Part shown: one piece after another, positions 59,801 to 64,000 of the stretch
Position numbering within the stretch: position 1 is the stretch's first letter
How the letters are laid out: the number at the start of each line of letters is the position of its first letter
NCBI GenBank assembly: GCA_013377005.1
Contig: JACABE010000003.1
Location: 5,036 to 69,035, forward strand
Reading direction: 5' to 3'
DNA from: Bacteroidota bacterium
GTDB taxonomy: Bacteria > Bacteroidota > Bacteroidia > Bacteroidales > JACABE01
Length of the DNA: 64,000 nt
Notes under the pieces: generated by a model
Databases searched by the model: none
Seen by the model: only the letters and a program-made list of their open reading frames with translations
Told to the model about the DNA's origin: nothing
Made by a program: the position numbers and the translations under genes

Positions 59801-60090
59801 TGAACATCAAGAGCTTTAAAGATGCTGAAAAAGGATATTTTATCAACAAAATAAAAGACAGAACAGTACTGATATACAAAGAAAAACAATCTATCAAAAC
59901 ACTTACGTTTATCAATAATATCTATATTTACGAAACCGATCAGCTAACAGCGGAAATCAGTGGAAATGATTTCAACGTGGGTAAAGTAGTTATTAAAGCA
60001 GCTTGCGTTAAAGAAGCCTATTTTGACTTCGCAGCAGAAATGTATGTTTTGATGAAAGGAGTTGGAATAATGATGAATTATGAAATATGA
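56803..60090 (+). CDS. ygfK: YgfK-like flavo-iron-sulfur oxidoreductase (DPD-like TIM barrel + GltD-like FAD/NAD(P) domain + ferredoxin-like clusters; 'putative selenate reductase subunit YgfK' family)
   Basis: 1095 aa. N-terminal dihydroorotate/dihydropyrimidine dehydrogenase-like region, Cys clusters CIAAPCVDTCP and CDHPCQMKC, dinucleotide folds VIGAGPSGLSCAYYLA and IIGGGNTAMDAAR, and C-terminal CLYCDVVCNICVTVCP and CNECGNCQTFCP. Confidence 0.85.
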   Translation: MTDKFAILPLKELIQFILHKENQGEILGIPKEVFYQPSDTRFQLKRYNQLLDIPLGVAAGPHSQMAQNIVGAWLCGARYIELKTIQTLDELNVSKPCIDAADEGYNCEWSQELKVAESYDQYLNAWIIIHLLQHKFGWKKDVGCIFNMSAGYNMEGLLKENVQWFFNKMNDCSIEKAEKIKSIISIFPWANDVNIPDCISDNITLSTMHGCPPDEIEKIGLYLIKDKKFHTTIKLNPTLLGKEQLRKILNKDLGFKTIVPDEAFEHDLKYPDAIKIIQKLTTEAANNKVDFNIKLTNTLESINIRAVLPEHESMNYMSGRALHPISVQLAALLQHDFKGKLDISFSAGADCYNFPELIACGLKPVTVCTDLLKPGGYMRLKQYADELTHSFDNYNAASVDDFIIQYNNNQTEDVEIAALENLKRYAAKVSDFSEYQKTSLNDLSIKTNRSLGYFDCIAAPCVDTCPTNQNIPSYMYHTATENPDLAYEEIIKTNPFPTVTGMICDHPCQMKCTRMNYDDALKIREVKRFVAENAINNEQIEQKKQGIKAVVIGAGPSGLSCAYYLALAGFQVNVYEEKVNAGGMVQSVIPGFRLTDESIATDIKRIQEAGVEIHYGHKVDKAFFNELCKENEYIYIATGAQLSKKLDFTPGEAVDGLLDPLVFLHLAKTSQNTGLGKNVAIIGGGNTAMDAARTAWRLVGQDGSVTIIYRRTIAEMPADAGEIRAVMEEGIKILELTLPESLLIENGCVKGIHCSAMELKAKGSDSRSQVVKLENSEFDLYFDTIIPAIGQDLAIDFLDKTMLKAIPGEYKTKVPGIYIGGDALRGAATAINAIGDGRKTAEIIIKTAKVTSEALDNTTQKDLSYHELMIKKSKRIKTEPQHEKPVALRRNFEAVSFPLNEKEAIREASRCLYCDVVCNICVTVCPNFANYAYQVKPQIIHLPKAIVTDKGIVLENDKIFEIKQSTQIINITDFCNECGNCQTFCPTSGAPFKDKPHFYLNIKSFKDAEKGYFINKIKDRTVLIYKEKQSIKTLTFINNIYIYETDQLTAEISGNDFNVGKVVIKAACVKEAYFDFAAEMYVLMKGVGIMMNYEI

Positions 60091-60139
60091 ATTTTAAATA
60101 AAATACAAAAATAGTGTGATTGAATATATTATTTTCAAC

Positions 60140-60187
60140 ACTTTATGAACTTTAAAACTTTATAACTTTAGAAACTTAAAAACTTAA
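60140..60187. repeat. six AACTT(T)A units at 8-9 bp spacing in the ygfK / PLP-gene spacer
   Basis: ACTTTA or ACTTA starts at 60140, 60149, 60157, 60165, 60174 and 60182. The array ends 4 nt before ATG 60192. Confidence 0.75.
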
Positions 60188-60191
60188 AACA

Positions 60192-61658
60192 ATGATACAA
60201 ATAATTGACAAAGTAATAAATCCAACTGTAAGAGACAATGCAGTGAAACGTTTTAAAGAAAAAGGCATAGTATTGCCTACTTTCGCTCAAATGAACAATC
60301 AGGACTTAATACCGGAAGCCATTAAAGAAAAGCTAAAAACCATCGGTTTATGGGAACTGAATCCTTTGAATTTATTCAGGATATCCTGGAAAAACGAGCC
60401 CAAAGAAAAAGGTGGATTGTATGGTAATGTAAACTATTTAGAAATCCCTAAGAAATTAAGCGGTATTGATACTCGTATCTTTGTATTAATCGGCAAATGG
60501 TTTCCTACGGGTGCTCATAAAGTGGGTGCTGCTTATGGTTGCCTGGCTCCACGCATCATTACCGGTGAATTTGATCCGAGTTATCACAAAGCTGTTTGGC
60601 CTTCTACAGGCAATTATTGCAGGGGCGGTGCTTTTGATTCTGAATTGATGGGCGTTACCGCTGTTGCTATCTTGCCCGAAGAAATGAGCAAAGAACGCTT
60701 TGCATGGCTCAAAGAAATCGGAGCTGAAGTAATTGCTACACCCGGTTGCGAATCAAATGTAAAGGAAATTTACGATAAATGCTGGGACATCCGGAGAAAC
60801 CGCAAAGATTGTGTAATCTTCAATCAGTTTGATGAATTTGGAAATCCTGCATGGCATTACAATGTTACAGGAAAAGCTATTCAGGAAGTTTATCAGCAGA
60901 TTGCGGATAAGAAAACCCGCTTGGCTGGCTATATTTCAGCTACTGGTTCTGCTGGAACCATTGCTGCAGGTGATTTTTTACGTACGCTACATCCTCAGTT
61001 AAAAGTAGTAGCTTCTGAAGCCTTACAGTGCCCTACCCTATTGATGAATGGATTTGGCGGTCATCGTATTGAAGGTATTGGCGACAAACATGTTCCATGG
61101 GTACACAATGTAAAAAACACCGATGTAATTACAGCCATTGATGATGAAGATTGTATGCGTCTGCTTCGTTTGTTTAACGAAAAAGATGGTAAAGCATTCT
61201 TAAAAGCAGAAGGCTTTGATGATAAATTCATAGAAGATTTAAATATGATAGGGATTTCAGGTATTGGAAATATCCTTTCAGCTATTAAAACAGCCAAACA
61301 TTTTGAAATGACAGGCGATGATGTAATTTTTACCATTGCTACCGATTCCGCTCAGATGTATACTTCAAGGATTGAAGAATTACAGGCAGAAAAAGGTGAT
61401 TACTCATCATTGCAAGCTGCCAAAGATTTTGAAAAATGTATGCTGGGTCAGAAGACTGATAATATGAAAGAACTTACCTATAACGACAGAAAAGCCATTC
61501 ATAATTTAAAATATTTCACATGGGTTGAACAACAAGCCAAGGAAATAGAAGATCTCAATCAATTGTGGTACGATAGAGAGATATGGAATAAATTATTCCA
61601 TCAGGTAGACAGATGGGACGAAATGATTATGGAATTTAATGAAATGGTAAAGAAATAA
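60192..61658 (+). CDS. fold-type II (tryptophan synthase beta-like) PLP-dependent enzyme, function unknown
   Basis: PTGAHKVGAAYG (PLP-lysine context resembling TrpB HTGAHK), STGNYCRGGA, SATGSAGTIAAG glycine-rich loop. 488 aa with a long C-terminal extension. Confidence 0.7.
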   Translation: MIQIIDKVINPTVRDNAVKRFKEKGIVLPTFAQMNNQDLIPEAIKEKLKTIGLWELNPLNLFRISWKNEPKEKGGLYGNVNYLEIPKKLSGIDTRIFVLIGKWFPTGAHKVGAAYGCLAPRIITGEFDPSYHKAVWPSTGNYCRGGAFDSELMGVTAVAILPEEMSKERFAWLKEIGAEVIATPGCESNVKEIYDKCWDIRRNRKDCVIFNQFDEFGNPAWHYNVTGKAIQEVYQQIADKKTRLAGYISATGSAGTIAAGDFLRTLHPQLKVVASEALQCPTLLMNGFGGHRIEGIGDKHVPWVHNVKNTDVITAIDDEDCMRLLRLFNEKDGKAFLKAEGFDDKFIEDLNMIGISGIGNILSAIKTAKHFEMTGDDVIFTIATDSAQMYTSRIEELQAEKGDYSSLQAAKDFEKCMLGQKTDNMKELTYNDRKAIHNLKYFTWVEQQAKEIEDLNQLWYDREIWNKLFHQVDRWDEMIMEFNEMVKK

Positions 61659-61691
61659 TTTTCATTATTTTTATTTGATTTCTCTTTCTTT

Positions 61692-61780
61692 TGTCATACT
61701 GACGTAGGAAGCATCTCATTTATTTTATGAGATTCCTCACTATCGTTCGGAATGACAAAACACATACGGAATGACAAAAT
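61692..61780. repeat. REP-like palindromic intergenic element, copy 2, with inverted partner and extra partial half-copy
   Basis: gaagcatctcat (61708-61719) and atgagattcctc (61727-61738) form a 12-bp imperfect inverted repeat around a 7-nt loop. 61724-61761 matches 38827-38864. An extra acggaatgacaaaat lies at 61766-61780. Confidence 0.8.
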
Positions 61781-61829
61781 AACAATATCGTAAAATATTC
61801 AAATTAAATCCTTTTTCAAACATTTAATT

Positions 61830-63074
61830 ATGAAAAAATACTATTTCCAGTGTACCGATTGTGGTAAAATATACCAAAAAGACGAAGTACAATATCTTTG
61901 TCCTGAATGTGATGCAACAAATGATGATCAACAGCCTCCCAAAGGTGTATTAAAGACCATCTATCATTATGATCAAATCATTATGAAGCATGGGAAAGAA
62001 GATTTGTTCAAAAGCCTGATGAAGCAGGGATTTATTGATTTATTACCCATAGTTTCATTGCAAAGCATGAGTTACTTGAGAGTGGGGCAAACTCCACTTT
62101 ACACCATCGAAAAATTAGAAAACGAACACTTGGATTTTACGTTACTACTTAAAGACGATGCTCAGAATCCTACCGCTTCTTTTAAAGATAGGGCTTCGGT
62201 TTTGGTTTCTGCCTATGCTAAAGAAAACAATATCGATACCATCGCTGCTGCTTCTACCGGAAATGCAGGTTCTTCGCTGGCCGGTATCTGTGCTTCGCAA
62301 CAGCAGAGAGCCATCATTTTTGTGCCCTCCACCGCTCCTTTGGCAAAGCTTACGCAAATTGTGATGTATGGAGCAACTATCATCCCTGTGGATGGTAATT
62401 ACGATGCAGCTTTCGACCTGAGCATACTGGCAAGCAAACATTTTGGCTGGTACAACCGCAATACGGCTTTCAATCCATTTACCATCGAAGGGAAAAAGAC
62501 GGTTTCTTATGAATTATACGCCCAGTTGCAGGAGGAGATTCCTGACAGGATTTTCGTTTCTGTGGGCGATGGTGTGATTATTTCGGGTATTTACAAAGGT
62601 TTTGAAGATTTACTGCAATTGGGTATTATTGATAAAATGCCCGTTATAGTGGCTGTTCAGTCGGAAGGAAGCCGCAATCTGATTGAAAATATCAATACCA
62701 GCCATTGGAAAACCATTCCTTCTACCACCATTGCCGATTCCATTTCGGTAGACATTCCCCGCAATTTTTACATGGCAAAAGATTATTTGCTGAAATACCA
62801 TGGCGAATGGCTAACGGTAAGCGATGATGAAATTATGCAGGCTTCGGCCATCTTAAGCAGGAATACAGGCATTTTCTCCGAGCCGGCTGCCACCGCTGCT
62901 TTTGCAGGTATGCTGAAGTATAAAAACAATCACAAATTGGAAAAAGCCACTAAGAATGTTGTATTGCTTACAGGTTCAGGTTTAAAGGATTTGAAATCAG
63001 TAGCCACTTTGGTTCACATTCCAACGGCCATTTCTGCGAATATGGAAGCTGTTTGTAAGTTGATGGGGGAATAA
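61830..63074 (+). CDS. threonine synthase-like PLP enzyme with N-terminal CxxC...CxxC zinc ribbon
   Basis: YFQCTDCGKIY..YLCPECD zinc ribbon, PLP lysine block TASFKDRAS, AASTGNAGSSLA. 414 aa. Confidence 0.75.
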   Translation: MKKYYFQCTDCGKIYQKDEVQYLCPECDATNDDQQPPKGVLKTIYHYDQIIMKHGKEDLFKSLMKQGFIDLLPIVSLQSMSYLRVGQTPLYTIEKLENEHLDFTLLLKDDAQNPTASFKDRASVLVSAYAKENNIDTIAAASTGNAGSSLAGICASQQQRAIIFVPSTAPLAKLTQIVMYGATIIPVDGNYDAAFDLSILASKHFGWYNRNTAFNPFTIEGKKTVSYELYAQLQEEIPDRIFVSVGDGVIISGIYKGFEDLLQLGIIDKMPVIVAVQSEGSRNLIENINTSHWKTIPSTTIADSISVDIPRNFYMAKDYLLKYHGEWLTVSDDEIMQASAILSRNTGIFSEPAATAAFAGMLKYKNNHKLEKATKNVVLLTGSGLKDLKSVATLVHIPTAISANMEAVCKLMGE

Positions 63075-63091
63075 CGAGATAGGTTTATTAT

Positions 63092-63727
63092 TTAAAGAAT
63101 ATGTATCCCCAATAAATTTAAGGTAGTAGATGTTAAAAACATCATCGCTTTGCCGATGGGCAAGAGGTTTAATTTGGTCTGGCTGTCGATGATTACTATG
63201 GCAAACAAAGCCAGCGAACCATATTTATATATATTGCGTTCTAATTCTTTGCTTATTTTTATTGATTTTAACAATAAATGCGAACCATCGAGGGGTGGAA
63301 TCGGAATCATATTGAAAATAAATAAACCGAAATTAATATAAATACAAGCCAGTATCATAGCCATCAAAATACCGTCAACGGAAATAAAAAGCATTGCCAG
63401 CTTCAGTATAACTGCAAATACTATAGCCAATACAAAATTAGCAATAGGTCCGGCTATGGCAATCAGCATTTCATCGCGGCGGGGATTTTTTAGTTTCTCA
63501 GGATTAAAAGACACCGGTTTAGCCCAGCCAAAACCAGCAATAAGTATAAACACAAAGCCAATCCAGTCGATATGTTTCAATGGGTTGATGCTAACTCTTC
63601 CATCTAAATATGCAGTATCGTCACCCAATAAATGAGCAACTTTGGCATGCATGTATTCATGAAACGTAAGGCCAATCAATATGGCAGGCAATACAGTAAT
63701 AATACTTTCGAGGTTTAGGGATGACAT
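63092..63727 (-). CDS. site-2 protease (M50) family membrane metallopeptidase
   Basis: LTFHEYMHAKVA (HExxH in TM1), multiple TM segments, PIPPLDGSHLL block. Confidence 0.8.
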   Translation of the reverse strand: MSSLNLESIITVLPAILIGLTFHEYMHAKVAHLLGDDTAYLDGRVSINPLKHIDWIGFVFILIAGFGWAKPVSFNPEKLKNPRRDEMLIAIAGPIANFVLAIVFAVILKLAMLFISVDGILMAMILACIYINFGLFIFNMIPIPPLDGSHLLLKSIKISKELERNIYKYGSLALFAIVIIDSQTKLNLLPIGKAMMFLTSTTLNLLGIHIL

Positions 63728-63920
63728 GGGGGAACATTTTTATATATTCGTCAAAAGTAAGATTAATTTTAAATAAGTAGTAAAATTTATTAATGTTGTC
63801 TTACAAATTTTATAAACTATGTAATAAAAAATTTAGAACGCAGATGAAACGGATACGTTCCGTAAACGCGGATATTCGCGAATTTTATCTATTTATATGA
63901 TGCAACTTCTCTTATTTTTG

Positions 63921-63928
63921 TAAATTTG
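63921..63928 (+). promoter_or_regulatory. TAAATTTG promoter motif
   Basis: Exact TAnnTTTG, 39 nt upstream of ATG 63967. Confidence 0.4.
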
Positions 63929-63966
63929 CAGGCTTTTTGAGCTAACATATATCTTAAAACAATACA

Positions 63967-64000
63967 ATGAATATCAATATATATAAATACAAACACATTA
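63967..64000 (+). CDS. 5' end of an unidentified gene (truncated by window edge)
   Basis: ATG 63967 followed by open frame MNINIYKYKHI to the window end, with a promoter motif at the expected distance. The product cannot be determined. Confidence 0.3.
   Translation, partial: MNINIYKYKHI

Noticed and set aside
63830-63900. Hairpin-rich segment (CGGATACGTTCCG, palindrome ATTCGCGAAT) upstream of the last partial gene
   Set aside because: These are short stems only, and I could identify no repeat copy elsewhere in the window. It may be an operator, but the evidence is insufficient to call a feature.
1-64000. Search for tRNA, rRNA, tmRNA and integrase/transposase genes
   Set aside because: No GC-rich cloverleaf-like segments, no rRNA-like conserved blocks and no recombinase motifs were seen in any intergenic gap or ORF. 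The absence is by eye only and should be confirmed with tRNAscan, Infernal and HMM searches.

Overview
AT-rich chromosomal segment that looks Bacteroidota-like: secreted hydrolases carry T9SS-type C-terminal sorting domains, and TAnnTTTG promoter-like motifs recur 15-50 nt upstream of start codons. I call about 52 protein-coding genes. I recognised no rRNA, tRNA or CRISPR array by eye. Most genes are housekeeping: mtgA, trmD, folP, dcp, asnB, hutH, bcp-recA, rlmF, an ABC-F ATPase, MoxR, and assorted proteases and outer-membrane proteins. Stand-outs: (1) A physically dispersed gene set of the selenium-dependent molybdenum hydroxylase / E. coli mocA-ygfK-ssnA-xdhD-hyuA type. It comprises an SsnA-like amidohydrolase (1-1023), a MOP/XdhD-like 2x[2Fe-2S]+MoCo hydroxylase (3313-5874), a hydantoinase (12931-14301), a MocA/YgfJ-like nucleotidyltransferase (56043-56624) and a YgfK-like flavo-FeS oxidoreductase (56803-60090) followed by two fold-type-II PLP enzymes. 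(2) Inside that set is a polytopic-membrane + P-loop NTPase fusion gene. Its reading frame continues upstream through an in-frame TGA (55967-55969) to a well-placed ATG (56003-56005), with a hairpin directly after the TGA. This is a candidate selenocysteine or recoding site, or else an annotation or sequence problem. (3) An accessory islet at 9.9-12.9 kb holds twelve AATAAT(T/C)G-centred units at exactly 21-bp phasing, an orphan protein, and a PD-(D/E)xK-like protein translationally coupled to a phage-type Dam methyltransferase. (4) A very AT-rich three-gene orphan insert lies between ssnA and the hydroxylase, including a protein with a degenerate UDG-like block. (5) Smaller items: REP-like palindromic elements, 8-9 bp intergenic micro-repeats, a tandem pair of paralogous lipoprotein serine proteases, and a small Cys-rich ORF missed by the ORF track. 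All functional calls rest on motif recognition by eye, with no database search.
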